From Terriglobia bacterium (GTDB taxonomy: Bacteria > Acidobacteriota > Terriglobia > JAJPHL01 > JAPKYU01), in the NCBI GenBank assembly GCA_965206645.1, contig CBDBKE010000001.1:160001-224000 (forward strand): a stretch of DNA of 64,000 bases. Reading direction: 5' to 3'. Both the position numbers and the translations under genes were made by a program. Within the stretch, counting starts at the first letter, position 1, and every line of letters begins with the position of its first letter. Below are positions 21,961-31,709 of this stretch, in pieces. The notes below the pieces were generated by a model. It ran no database searches. It was not told the DNA's origin and saw only the letters and a list, made by a program, of their open reading frames with translations.

Positions 21961-23241
21961 GTGACCCTCCCTTCAGGCAAGGTCGGTGGCTTGGCTGTCA
22001 GTTGGCGGGATCGCTACCCTCTCTACGCCGCCGCTGCTTCCTTCTACCTGCTGGCGTTGGCGAACGTGGCCGTGCTGTTCTCGATTTTTCTCAGCCAGAC
22101 CCTGCTGGCGCTGGGCTTGATCGCCCTGGTGCTGGGACGCCAGAAACTCCAAGCGCCGCCACCGATGCTCCCGCTGGGGCTGTTCGTTCTTTGGACGCTC
22201 GCCTCGCTGGCTCTTTCCCCGCAGCCGGTACTGGGTCTCCCTCAGATAAAGAAGTTTTACATCTTCCTGGTCCTGGTGGGGGCCTACAGCGCATTTCGCA
22301 ACGTGGTGCAGGTCCACCGCGTCTTCCGGGCGCTGTTTGTCGCGGCTTCGGCGGCGGCCGTGCTGGCCATCGCCGAGTTCGGTCTTTACTACCAGAGCCT
22401 GCACTCAAACCCCGATTTTTACACATATTACGCTCAGTCACGCATCACCGGCTTCATGAGTCACTGGCAGACCTTCAGCGGCGAGCAGATGCTGGTGCTG
22501 GCGGTCCTGCTGGCCTTCCTGCTGGCCTCCAGCGTGCGGCCGTGGTGGACCTGGGCAGCCGCGGCCCTCATCAGCCTGTCGCTTCTGCTGGCATTCACTC
22601 GCGGCGTCTGGCTGGGCTGCCTGGCGGCGCTGGTCTACCTGCTGTGGGACCTCCGCCGGCGCTGGTTGCCAGCGATCCCGGTGGCGCTGGTGTTGCTCTA
22701 CCTGGTTTCGCCGCCCCTGGTCCAATTGCGAGTGCGTTCATTGTTCAGCACGAAGTCGGAAGACCCCATCCGCGCGCGCGTTCTGATGACCCACACGGGA
22801 CTGAATATGATCCGGCAGCATCCGCTGTTTGGCATCGGTCCCAACCGCGTGCAGTACTGTTTCGACGAGTATCGGCCGCCTCCCCTCGGCCCGAAGCCGG
22901 AAGCCTATTACGGGCACCTCCACAGCAATTACCTGCAGATCGCCGCCGAGCGCGGGTTACCGTGCCTGGCCTTTTTCCTTTGGCTGCTGCTGGCAGCTCT
23001 CCGCGACCAGCGACAGCTCGCCCCGCGTCTGGCCCCTCAATACCGCTACATCGCGCACGGGATCGGGGCCGCCGTGGTGGCGGTGCTGGTGGCGGGCGCC
23101 TTCGAGTACAACTTTGGCGATTCGGAAGTAGCCATGCTGCTGCTGTTTTACCTGAGCCATGGGTACACGGTGCGTCGCGGGTTGGAACAGGCCAGCGAGC
23201 CGCCACAGCCGGCTGAAGTGGCTGCGTTGCGGGATGGCTAG
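21961..23241 (+). CDS. O-antigen ligase (WaaL/Wzy_C) family membrane protein
   Basis: Multi-TM with TRGVW, HPLFGIG and HLHSNYLQIAAERG motifs. Start uncertain. Confidence 0.85.
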   Translation: MTLPSGKVGGLAVSWRDRYPLYAAAASFYLLALANVAVLFSIFLSQTLLALGLIALVLGRQKLQAPPPMLPLGLFVLWTLASLALSPQPVLGLPQIKKFYIFLVLVGAYSAFRNVVQVHRVFRALFVAASAAAVLAIAEFGLYYQSLHSNPDFYTYYAQSRITGFMSHWQTFSGEQMLVLAVLLAFLLASSVRPWWTWAAAALISLSLLLAFTRGVWLGCLAALVYLLWDLRRRWLPAIPVALVLLYLVSPPLVQLRVRSLFSTKSEDPIRARVLMTHTGLNMIRQHPLFGIGPNRVQYCFDEYRPPPLGPKPEAYYGHLHSNYLQIAAERGLPCLAFFLWLLLAALRDQRQLAPRLAPQYRYIAHGIGAAVVAVLVAGAFEYNFGDSEVAMLLLFYLSHGYTVRRGLEQASEPPQPAEVAALRDG

Positions 23242-23366
23242 TGGCGGAGTCCCGAGGGCATAGACAACGGACTGGGAGGAAACAGCATCGCGCTGCGTTC
23301 TGTGCTGATTGTTCAACGCTGCTGCAGCGCAACCGCAGCGCGAGAGGTTAGGAAGGTAGGTTCCAG

Positions 23367-24221
23367 ATGGTGTCCCGTTTTCTCGACGAACAACAGGTGG
23401 TGCGCTACCGTCAATTCCACTTCGATTTTCCCGAGCGCACTTTGGCTGGCAAGGTGGTGCTGGTCGCCGGCGGCTCGGGCGGGCTCGGCAGCGCTACCGC
23501 TGCGATGCTGGTGAAGGAAGGGGCCACGGTCGTGCTCGGCTACCGCACTAACCGCGCGCGCGCCGAGGCGCTGGCCACAGCGCTGGCAACCTACGGCAGC
23601 GGGTGCGTACACCTAGTGGAGGGCGACCTAAGGGAAGCCTCTGCCCGCCAGCGCTATCTGGCGGCCGCCGACCAGGGGGAGCTCTACGGCCTGGTCAGCT
23701 TCGTAGGAGATCCCGCACGGCTGCCCCCCGGTGCGCCCGCCGGCGAGCAAGGGCATGAAGCTTTGCAGCAATCTCTGGAAGCCTCGTGGGGCCTGAATTT
23801 TCTCGCCCCGGTCTTGCTGGCGCGCCTGGCGGGCGAACGGATGTTGTCGGCCGGCACGCCCGGCAGCATCGTGCTGTTTTCCACCATGCAGGCGGTGAGC
23901 GTCTTCGAGGGCAGCGTCTCTTACGCGGCTCCTAAGTCCGCGCTGATTCACGCAGCCAAGATCCTGGGTAAGGAATGGGGCGGGGAGGCCAACATCCGGG
24001 TGAACGTCGTGGCGCCCGGTGCCACGATCGCCGGCATGGCCGAGGGCAGCATCCGCAGCGGCAAATACGATGTGTACGTGGAGAGAGGAATCGTCCCGCG
24101 GTTTGGCCGTCCCGAGGACATTGCCCGTGCCGTCCGCTTCCTGCTGGAGCCGGACAACTACGTCACCGGGCAGGTGCTGACGGTGGACGGCGGCCTCACG
24201 CCGCGCCGCGACCTCCGCTGA
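23367..24221 (+). CDS. SDR family oxidoreductase
   Basis: GGSGGLG, YAAPK (YxxxK), IRVNVVAPG, YVTGQVLTVDGG. Confidence 0.92.
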   Translation: MVSRFLDEQQVVRYRQFHFDFPERTLAGKVVLVAGGSGGLGSATAAMLVKEGATVVLGYRTNRARAEALATALATYGSGCVHLVEGDLREASARQRYLAAADQGELYGLVSFVGDPARLPPGAPAGEQGHEALQQSLEASWGLNFLAPVLLARLAGERMLSAGTPGSIVLFSTMQAVSVFEGSVSYAAPKSALIHAAKILGKEWGGEANIRVNVVAPGATIAGMAEGSIRSGKYDVYVERGIVPRFGRPEDIARAVRFLLEPDNYVTGQVLTVDGGLTPRRDLR

Positions 24222-24453
24222 ATGCGCAGCTCGGCCAACGGGTGTCGTATTGCGCAAGTTTCGAGCCGCCAGTGTGAACCATTATCAAGCTATGGCACTT
24301 TCTACGCGGTTGAGGCTTCTTCCAGGTGAATGACACGAAGGGAGGGATGACACGAAGGGCGAGGAAGCGCGCTAACATCGCACAGCCTTGCTCTCCGCGC
24401 ACCCCCTGATTCCATTTCGCGGCGGTTCAGAGAAATACCGGCCACCGACTGAG

Positions 24454-24837
24454 TCAGCGGGCCAGGCGGGAGGCCCGAGCAACATCGGAAACGCACAACA
24501 CAGTGTTCACCTTCCTACCGGTTCCGCCGCTGGCGTAGGCGTAATCAATATTGATGCCGGCGACGGCCAACTTCTCAGCGACTGCGGCCAACGCCCCGGG
24601 TTTGTCCGGCAATGCGACCACCAGCACGTCCTCTTCCGTGGGGTCCAAGCCCTGGGCCTGCAAAGCCTTCTTGGCGCGGGCAGGGCTGTTCACCAGCAGG
24701 CGGATCGGACTTCGGTCACCGCTTCCCACGCAGATCAGCCCCGTGATGTTCACCTTGCTGTCGGCCAGCGTGCGGACCACATGGGCCAATGTCCCAACAG
24801 CGTCCGGCACATAAACGGTCAGTTGTTTGGCTTTCAT
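24454..24837 (-). CDS. Tandem ACT domain protein
   Basis: KQLTVYVPDAVGTLA and PDKPGALA...GINIDYAY. Confidence 0.85.
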   Translation of the reverse strand: MKAKQLTVYVPDAVGTLAHVVRTLADSKVNITGLICVGSGDRSPIRLLVNSPARAKKALQAQGLDPTEEDVLVVALPDKPGALAAVAEKLAVAGINIDYAYASGGTGRKVNTVLCVSDVARASRLAR

Positions 24838-25055
24838 AGTAGCCCGAGAGTAGCACAAAGTCCGGCTGGGCAGGGATGGGTTAAGCCAATGCTAGCCAGG
24901 TTGGCGAGGCCTTTGCAGGGGCCCTGCAGCTTCACCCAAGATGCCACTTCGGATCGGGCCGGCTCCTGAACATGAGCACCTGCCCTACTCCGTGCATGAA
25001 GACCAGCAGGTTGCTGAGACCGGCACAGACTAAGAATCTTTGCGGCTGCGCGCAT

Positions 25056-25967
25056 TCAAAAGCTGATCAGGGCTTTGGCTTTCTCGCGGACTTGCCGTGC
25101 CCGAGCCGGTTTGCCGGCACGGGCGAAGGCATCGGCCAGCGTCTTCAAGATGTCGGCGTTCTTCCACCCGGTGGCCTCGGCGGCCGCCGTGGCCAGCTCG
25201 ACCGCGCGTTGTGGGTTTGCCAGGAGGGGGTCGGTGACGGTCAGAAACAGGCGTGCCAGGTTGTACTGTGCCATCAGCAGGTTGGGAGCTGCTTCCAGCG
25301 CTTTTTCGTAGGCGGCGATGGCCTCTGCCGGTCGTCCCATCTGTTCCCAAGTTTGGGCTTTTCCAAGCAAGCCCTCAGGATGGTTCGGCTTGAGGACGAG
25401 GGCCTGCGCGTACTGGGCGAGCGCCTCATCCCAGTCTTCAGCGCGGCGGTGGGAGTCAGCCAGAGAAAGCCGCGCGTTCCAGTCCCGGGGCGCCACATTG
25501 ACAGCTTTTGAAAAGGCGGCAATGGCCGTCGGATAATCCTTCTTTCTCATAGCCACGGTGCCCAGCGCCAAGTGCGGCTGGGGTATCCAACGGTTCTTTT
25601 CCACCGCACGGTGCGCCTGCTGTTCGGCTTCGACCAGCCGTCCCTGCCGCAGGTAGAGCCGGGCCAGAGACACTTCCAGCAGCGAGTCGGGAGCCAGCAG
25701 GCCCATCTTCTTGTATTCGGTTTCGGCTGCCTCAAGGTCACCGGCAGCCTCGTAGGCCAGTGCCAGCGCGTAGTGGGCTTCGGCGCTGGTCGGGTCAGCC
25801 TCCACGGCCTCTTTGGCCAGTGCCAGGGCCTGCTGCCATTCCCCTTGGCCAATCAGACGCCCGGCCTCAACTGCTTTCTTGTGCGCCTGGACAGAATCGA
25901 GCGGGGGCGCGGTGTCTTGGAGCAAGAGAAGGCTGAACAGCAGTGGAATGAGAAGCGACAGTCCCAT
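25056..25967 (-). CDS. Secreted tetratricopeptide repeat protein
   Basis: Signal peptide plus repeated A.Y.LA..Y/A...F.KA...P helices. Confidence 0.85.
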   Translation of the reverse strand: MGLSLLIPLLFSLLLLQDTAPPLDSVQAHKKAVEAGRLIGQGEWQQALALAKEAVEADPTSAEAHYALALAYEAAGDLEAAETEYKKMGLLAPDSLLEVSLARLYLRQGRLVEAEQQAHRAVEKNRWIPQPHLALGTVAMRKKDYPTAIAAFSKAVNVAPRDWNARLSLADSHRRAEDWDEALAQYAQALVLKPNHPEGLLGKAQTWEQMGRPAEAIAAYEKALEAAPNLLMAQYNLARLFLTVTDPLLANPQRAVELATAAAEATGWKNADILKTLADAFARAGKPARARQVREKAKALISF

Positions 25968-26073
25968 CGTTGTCTCTCATCATACCCGACAAGGAGACCC
26001 GAAGGCCTGACAAAGAGATCCGAAGCTGCGTGCGTCGAATGAGTACCTAGGTGGTTGACCTGAGAACCGCCAG

Positions 26074-27228
26074 TTACCGCTCTGGCTGCCCGCGTTGCGC
26101 TTTGGCCTGCTGTAGCTCCGCGATTCCAGCCCGGACTTGATCGGCGTTGGGCGCCTTGGGGCTCTCTTGCAAAAAGGTGCGTAGTTGCTTTTCTGCTTTC
26201 TCCAGCTTCCCTTTCTGCCAGTAGATTTGGGCTAGCAACAGGTGGATCTGAGGCACCTGGCGATGCTCATGCCGGTCCGCTTGCAGAGCGCTCTTTTCGG
26301 CCTCCTCCACACGGCCCAGCGACAGGTTGGCGTAGGAGCGGAAGAAATGTCCCGGGCCCAGGGTGGGATAGAGCTGCAAGATCTTGCCCGACGTTTCCAG
26401 CAACCGCTGAGGCTCAGGGATTTGCATCCAAGCCAAGTTAACGTAAGCGCTCACCCAGTTGGGATCGGCGGCAATGGCGTGCTCGAAGGCTTTGAGCGCC
26501 TCCGTCTTCTGTTTTTTCCGTATGTAGATTGCTCCCATCTCGTTGAAGGCTTCCGCGTACTCAGGATAAATCTCGGTGGCTTTCTGAAGCCGCTGGAGAG
26601 CCTCGTCATACTTCTTCTTTCGGCCAGCCTTTCGAGCTTTGTTAAATTCCTTCCTGGCTTTCTCGGGAACTTTGAGGCTAGCCAGGCTGACGATGGTCCC
26701 GCTCCCGGTCGTTTCGCTGTCCGCAAATAGCCCTCTTCGGACGCCACGTTCCTGGATGATGATTGTGGCAGGGACGTTACCGAAGAAATCCACATCTTCT
26801 ACATATTCCCACCCGTTGCCCAGATGCACGTGGACCTCATACTGGCGGCCGGACTGCTGCTGCTGTTGCTGCTGAAACCGGAAGGTGCCATCCGATTGGG
26901 TAATGGTGCTGTCCACGCGCATCATGTCCCGGTAAAGGTCCACGCGCATGTGCAAAAGTGGGGGATCCACTATTCTGCCGGAGATGCCGCCTCCGAAGCG
27001 GCCAAACGGGTCGTTGCGTCCGAAGGGGTCTTGCCCGGGAGACCGGGGCGGCTGTATTCCCCGCTGCGGCCTGCCGGACTGTGGCTCCCTTCCGGGGGAG
27101 GGTTGGGAAGGGCGCGTCGGGGGCGTCTGCCCCTGTCCCGGGGTCGGCTGCTGGGCCCAGAGCACAGAAACACAAAGTAGCGATGCCAAGCCCACGTTTC
27201 GGGCCAGAACCACGTTTCGGATTCCCAT
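26074..27228 (-). CDS. Secreted beta-sandwich (carboxypeptidase regulatory-like) + TPR protein, paralog 1
   Basis: Start ATG 27228 after a GAGGT SD. Signal peptide, Pro/Gln linker, ISGRI..DGTFRF domain, TPRs. Paralog of 27459-28586. Confidence 0.85.
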   Translation of the reverse strand: MGIRNVVLARNVGLASLLCVSVLWAQQPTPGQGQTPPTRPSQPSPGREPQSGRPQRGIQPPRSPGQDPFGRNDPFGRFGGGISGRIVDPPLLHMRVDLYRDMMRVDSTITQSDGTFRFQQQQQQQSGRQYEVHVHLGNGWEYVEDVDFFGNVPATIIIQERGVRRGLFADSETTGSGTIVSLASLKVPEKARKEFNKARKAGRKKKYDEALQRLQKATEIYPEYAEAFNEMGAIYIRKKQKTEALKAFEHAIAADPNWVSAYVNLAWMQIPEPQRLLETSGKILQLYPTLGPGHFFRSYANLSLGRVEEAEKSALQADRHEHRQVPQIHLLLAQIYWQKGKLEKAEKQLRTFLQESPKAPNADQVRAGIAELQQAKAQRGQPER

Positions 27229-27263
27229 AAGAAACCTCGCCGGTGGGGGATCTGCTGAGCCAC

Positions 27264-27292
27264 AGCATACGCCCTCTTTCCTCGTGGGGCAA
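27264..27292 (-). promoter_or_regulatory. Sigma70-type promoter, copy 1
   Basis: TTGCCC-N17-TATGCT. The boxes are conserved with copy 2 while the spacer differs. Confidence 0.65.
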
Positions 27293-27332
27293 CCTCGGAG
27301 TGTCCCAGTCCTCAGTCTTGGCCTCCGCCGAG

Positions 27333-27410
27333 TTTGAAGATCAAGATGTACCGGGTGGACAGCAGCTCTAGTAGGGCCTGAAATTTCCACGCGAAACGCT
27401 GGACTTCCTT
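27333..27410 (-). pseudogene. Remnant of the 3' end of the adjacent methyltransferase
   Basis: Translates KEVQRFAWKFQALLELLSTRYILIFK, versus KEVQRFGWKLEASPTVLPNQYILIFK at 28703-28780. Confidence 0.8.
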
Positions 27411-27458
27411 TAGCGCTGCCAACAGCGCGCACATAAGCTAGTGATTGATCGCGGCGGG

Positions 27459-28586
27459 TTATTGCTCTGGCTGTTCGAGCTGCGCTTTCGCCTGCTGCTG
27501 TAACTCCGCGATTCCGGCCCGGACTTGATCGGCGTTGGGCGCCTTGGGGCTCTCTTGCAAAAAGGTGCGCAGTTGCTTTTCCGCTTCCTCCAGCTTTCCT
27601 TTCTGCCGGTAGATTTGGGCTAGCAACAGGTGGATCTGAGGCAGCTGGCGGTGCTCGTGCCGGTCCGCTTGCAGGGCGCTCTTTTCGGCTTCCTCCAGAC
27701 GGCCCAGCGACAGGTTGGCGTAGGAGTGGAAGAAATGCCCCGGGCCCAGGGCGGGATAGAGCTGGAGGAGTTCGTTGGAGGTTTTCAGCAACTGCTGCGG
27801 CTGATTGTCCGACATTTGCAGAGAAGCCAGGCTCACGTAAGCGCGCACCCATTCGGGGTCGGCGGCGATCGCCTGCTCGAAGGCTCGGCTCGCCTCCTCC
27901 TTTTGATTCTGCCCCCGGTAGATCCGCCCCATCTCGTTGAAAGCCTCTGCGTATTGGGGATAAATCTCGGTGGCTTTCTGCAGCCACCCGAGGGCCTCCT
28001 CGTACTTCTTCTTTCGCGCGGCCTTGCGGGCTTTCCTAAGTTCCTTGGCGGCTTTCTTGGGCACGTTCAGGCTGGCCACACTGATGATGGCGCCGCCTGC
28101 GGGGTTGTTGCCAGCGCGTTTGGTTCTCCGAATTCTCTCTGGCCGGATGATGATCGTGGCCGGAATGCCTTGAAAGAAATCCACATCTTCCACGTATTCG
28201 TAGCCGTTACCGAGGTCCACGCGGATTTCATAACGCTTGTCGTGCTGCTGCCCCTCAAACCGGAACGTACCGTTCCCGTCGGTCATGGTGGTACCCACGA
28301 GCATCATGTCCCGGTAGAGTTCCAAGCGCAGAAAAGCAGATGGCGCGTGTAACATTCTGATTCTCCCGGAGATGCCGCGGTTGAAGCTGCCGAGTGGGTC
28401 TACTCCCAAGGGCTCGGAACCGGGATAGATGGGTCGCGTCCTGATGGAAGAGGGCTGAGCAGGGGACGCCGGGCCTTGTGAGCCCGTTTGCTGAGCCCAG
28501 AGCAGGGAAACAGAAAGTAGCACAGCTAAACCCAGGTTTCGGGCTAAACCCAAGTTTCGGGCCAAACTCACGTCTCGGATTCCCAT
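27459..28586 (-). CDS. Secreted beta-sandwich + TPR protein, paralog 2
   Basis: Start ATG 28586. Same architecture as paralog 1, with nearly identical C-terminal TPRs. Confidence 0.85.
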   Translation of the reverse strand: MGIRDVSLARNLGLARNLGLAVLLSVSLLWAQQTGSQGPASPAQPSSIRTRPIYPGSEPLGVDPLGSFNRGISGRIRMLHAPSAFLRLELYRDMMLVGTTMTDGNGTFRFEGQQHDKRYEIRVDLGNGYEYVEDVDFFQGIPATIIIRPERIRRTKRAGNNPAGGAIISVASLNVPKKAAKELRKARKAARKKKYEEALGWLQKATEIYPQYAEAFNEMGRIYRGQNQKEEASRAFEQAIAADPEWVRAYVSLASLQMSDNQPQQLLKTSNELLQLYPALGPGHFFHSYANLSLGRLEEAEKSALQADRHEHRQLPQIHLLLAQIYRQKGKLEEAEKQLRTFLQESPKAPNADQVRAGIAELQQQAKAQLEQPEQ

Positions 28587-28621
28587 AAGAAACCTCACCC
28601 TTGGGGGATCTGCTGGGCGAC

Positions 28622-28650
28622 AGCATACGCGCCCTTCACTGTTGAGGCAA
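28622..28650 (-). promoter_or_regulatory. Sigma70-type promoter, copy 2
   Basis: TTGCCT-N17-TATGCT. Confidence 0.65.
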
Positions 28651-28687
28651 CGCCGCATTCCCAAAGTCCCCAGCCTTTTGCCTACCG

Positions 28688-29368
28688 CTAGTGTGGAGCC
28701 GACTTGAAGATCAAGATGTACTGGTTGGGCAGTACCGTCGGCGAGGCTTCAAGCTTCCAGCCGAAACGCTGGACCTCCTTCACCACTCCATCCCGGTCCA
28801 GGCGGACGTGGTCGCGCATCTCGTCCCGCTTGAAGAAATCCACAATGGCAATGCGCCCCTCGGATTTGAGCGCCCTTCGCAGGTGGTCCAGCATGGCTTT
28901 GGGAAATGCGAAGTGGTGATAGCAATCCAGCATCACTGCCAGATCCATCTCGCCAGGGGGCAAGCGCGGGTTCAGCTCGTCGCCCAGAAGCAACAGGACG
29001 TTCTCCAGTTCGAATGTCTGGACCTTTTCGCGAGCACGTTCCAGAAAATCCGGGTAGATGTCTTCGGCGTAGACCAGCCCGCCTGGGTCCACCGCCTTAC
29101 TCAGGTAGGGCAGCAGAACTCCGGCGCCGGTGCCGATGTCGGCGACGCGGTCGCCCGGCTGGACGTCAAGTGCAGCGATCAGTTCGCGCGGCTTCAACCG
29201 CTCGATTCGATCTGGATTTTCCAGGTACGCGACGACCCCGGCGCGCTGCTCCGGCGTGTGGTAATGCTCGTTGGGGACCTGGACTGGTTCCGGCTGCTGT
29301 CCCCAGCCAGCAACGCCGAGCAACATCAGGGAAACAGCGAAAATCCTGGAGACGCGGTGATTCCTCAT
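28688..29368 (-). CDS. Class I SAM-dependent methyltransferase with signal-peptide-like leader
   Basis: VADIGTGAG, YAEDI, DCYHH, LKSEGRI. Confidence 0.88.
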   Translation of the reverse strand: MRNHRVSRIFAVSLMLLGVAGWGQQPEPVQVPNEHYHTPEQRAGVVAYLENPDRIERLKPRELIAALDVQPGDRVADIGTGAGVLLPYLSKAVDPGGLVYAEDIYPDFLERAREKVQTFELENVLLLLGDELNPRLPPGEMDLAVMLDCYHHFAFPKAMLDHLRRALKSEGRIAIVDFFKRDEMRDHVRLDRDGVVKEVQRFGWKLEASPTVLPNQYILIFKSAPH

Positions 29369-29428
29369 GACGAGAAACTCCGCCAGACTAGCCGATCCGG
29401 CAGCGGGTTACAACAGGCTACACTTGGA

Positions 29429-31086
29429 CCGGAATTTCCATTTTGAGCTTCCTCTTCACCCGAAAAGCTATGCCTCGTACCCTGTCGTGTCAACCGCAAA
29501 CAGCTCTGGCCTCTTTGAGGTGGTAGTGCGGCACATTTTGGCTGTTCTTCGGAGTCGCTGTGCGGGGTTCGCCTGCCCAGCCTGCCGCGCCGCTGACACT
29601 TATCCGGCCCGACCACTTCTGAGCACCTAAAATTACCCTCTCTCCCGGTTCGCTAGCCGTCTGGCAGCGGCAGTGCCGAGATCGTTCGCAGCATGCTGCT
29701 GAACAGCCTCCGGCTCAAGTGCCCTTCGGCCAGCAAAAGCCAGTAATATCGCGCATGTTTCACCAGCCGTCCTCCCGTTTTCACCAACCGCTGTTGCAAG
29801 CTCGTCAGGGACCAGTTCCCGATTCTCTGTGGCAGCACCAGTCGCCGCCACAGGTTGCCGAGATTATAGGCAATGATGGTGAGCCACAGCCGGACCTCGT
29901 TCGACCGGAACCGGTGACAACTGAGCCGCGTCATCTTCACTGCTTGCTTTCCTTCTTTGATCCACTGCTCCGCTGTCCCCCGCTTGTTGTAAAACCGCAT
30001 CACCGCCCGACTTGGCAGAGTCAAGTTCGTAACGATAAACCCTACTCGCGGGAACAGCTCCCCTGGATGATGCTCCACCTTGGCCACCACCCTGCGGGCT
30101 GTCTTCCAACTGGCCGCTTGGTATAGAAAGCCCTTGAACTCCACCAACGGCTTCTTGCTGGGTCTCCCCACCGGCCGAGTCAGCAACTCCTCAATGTCCC
30201 GCTGTAGGCTGTCGTTAGCCGGGATGCGGATGGCGTACTTTACCTCCCGCTCCTCCAGAGCCTCGTAAATCTCCGGCTTGGCAAAGGCCGCGTCGGCACG
30301 AAACACCACTTCCTTGCCCAGCTGCTGCTGCCGCTCGATCTCCGGCAGGAGAAGTTCTTTCCAGTCCTCGGCGCTGTGCACGTTGCCCGGTCGCAGCTTG
30401 GCCGCCAGACAGTCACCCTCGCGATTGAACAGCAACAACGGGTGATAGCAGCTCGACTCGAAATGCCCGTTGTAGGCACTCTGCTCCTGCTGGCCGTAGA
30501 CCGGAATCTCGGTCGAGTCCATGTCCAGCACCACCCGTTGCGGGGAATCCATAGCTTCCGCCCTGGCGATTAAATCCCGGTTGATCGCTGCCAAACCAGC
30601 CAGGTTCTCATCTTGCGTCAGTAGTTCTGTCTCGAACGATTGCAGCCGGGAAGTCAACGCGGCTCCTCGCTCCCAGATCTTTTCTGAACCGATCAGCCGG
30701 AACGTCGGATCTTGAGAGAGCCGTTCCGCGTCATTCATATCTTCGTAACCCGCCAAGCGGCTGTACACGGACTGGCGCAGGAGGTCAGCAAAGGGCAACC
30801 GTGTGTTCTTTCTCCGAGGATCGGCCAAGTGCTGTTTGATGAGTTCTCCGAATCCCAAATGTTCGTCTGATTCGCGCACGAGGATCAGGCCGCCGTCGGA
30901 AGTAACCCGCGACCCCTGGAAATCGACCTTCAATGCAGCATTGAAAGAGAACTGAAAGGGCTGATTTTGCCTCTCACCCACTCGGTTTCTACCTCCGGAA
31001 GCTGTATTGACGCTGGAACCGGCATAAATATTGGCGTCGGAGGTCAGTATAAGGTTAGCTTTGGAGTTTTAAAACGGAAATCCGGG
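29429..31086 (-). mobile_element. IS1380-family insertion sequence
   Basis: Imperfect 16-bp TIRs CCGGAATTTCCATTTT (29429-29444) and AAAACGGAAATCCGGG (31071-31086), 13/16 match, enclosing the transposase. No target duplication. Confidence 0.85.
29653..30981 (-). CDS. IS1380-family DDE transposase
   Basis: TSDGGL, LAGYED.ND, LDMDST..GQQE, YHPL, RADAAF, FYNKRGTAEQWIKEGK. Confidence 0.95.
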   Translation of the reverse strand: MGERQNQPFQFSFNAALKVDFQGSRVTSDGGLILVRESDEHLGFGELIKQHLADPRRKNTRLPFADLLRQSVYSRLAGYEDMNDAERLSQDPTFRLIGSEKIWERGAALTSRLQSFETELLTQDENLAGLAAINRDLIARAEAMDSPQRVVLDMDSTEIPVYGQQEQSAYNGHFESSCYHPLLLFNREGDCLAAKLRPGNVHSAEDWKELLLPEIERQQQLGKEVVFRADAAFAKPEIYEALEEREVKYAIRIPANDSLQRDIEELLTRPVGRPSKKPLVEFKGFLYQAASWKTARRVVAKVEHHPGELFPRVGFIVTNLTLPSRAVMRFYNKRGTAEQWIKEGKQAVKMTRLSCHRFRSNEVRLWLTIIAYNLGNLWRRLVLPQRIGNWSLTSLQQRLVKTGGRLVKHARYYWLLLAEGHLSRRLFSSMLRTISALPLPDG

Positions 31087-31326
31087 CTCATTCATCATTC
31101 CCGGCTGGTAGTCGCCGAAAGCTCGGAAAAAGATTCCGGTGCGGCTCAGGTCCCTCATGGTCCCCACTTGCGAGGACAGGTGGGAAACCTTGACCAGGAT
31201 TTTAGCGTCGCTCTTGAGGCGATAACGGTCCCGCCGATTGGACGCCTCATGTTTGGGCTTGTCAGGCAGCCGCTGCGAGTCGACAGGCGCCTGTGAATCC
31301 ATCACTCCAATTGACCTGAGTTCCAT
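31087..31326 (-). pseudogene. PilZ-domain protein, 3'-truncated by IS1380
   Basis: RDRYR (RxxxR) and DLSRTG (DxSxxG) c-di-GMP motifs. The frame runs into the IS terminal repeat. Confidence 0.72.
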
Positions 31327-31709
31327 CTTTTTTTAACCTCCCATGTCCTGCAAGCACCTAGTTGAACGCAGTGGCCTCGAGCAGCCAATAGGCTAACAGT
31401 TACATTTTGCTCGGTACTTTTGGACCAGCGGGGACGCGCCCAACAGGTGCCCCCAATTCTCTCAGGAGAGAGGACAAGCTAGCTGTTCAGAAGTCTTTCA
31501 GTCAGAAGTCTTCGGAAGGATAAGTGTTAGCGACGACGCGGATTGGAGGTGAGAGAAAGACCAAACCAGTAGCGGAACGGTCAAAGCCGGCCGCGATGCC
31601 ACCCGGGAGATGGCTATGGCGATCTGACCTTGAGTCGACAGGTTAGCTAGCGTATGCTCTTGGGCGAAGGGGAGGCTCAAAGTGGCAATTCCGGTAAGGA
31701 TACTTAGCT

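Noticed and set aside
20228-21964. 578-aa ORF antisense to recG
   Set aside because: Shadow ORF with no independent evidence.
22002-23216. 404-aa same-strand alternative frame inside the O-antigen ligase gene
   Set aside because: Ala/Gly/Pro/Arg-rich off-frame translation of Leu/Val codons.
24902-24917. Sigma54-like TGGCGAGGCCTTTGCA on the plus strand
   Set aside because: There is no credible plus-strand gene downstream, so it could be a chance match.
26854-26874. Poly-Gln (CAG/CAA) tract in TPR paralog 1 as a phase-variation switch
   Set aside because: Triplet changes keep the frame, so this is a minor length polymorphism at most.
27229-27987. 253-aa N-terminal extension of TPR paralog 1 (637-aa ORF)
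   Set aside because: It crosses the promoter, the remnant and an off-frame part of paralog 2. The SD and signal peptide place the start at 27228.
31330-31700. Possible c-di-GMP riboswitch upstream of the PilZ fragment
   Set aside because: No class I or class II consensus core was found by eye on either strand.
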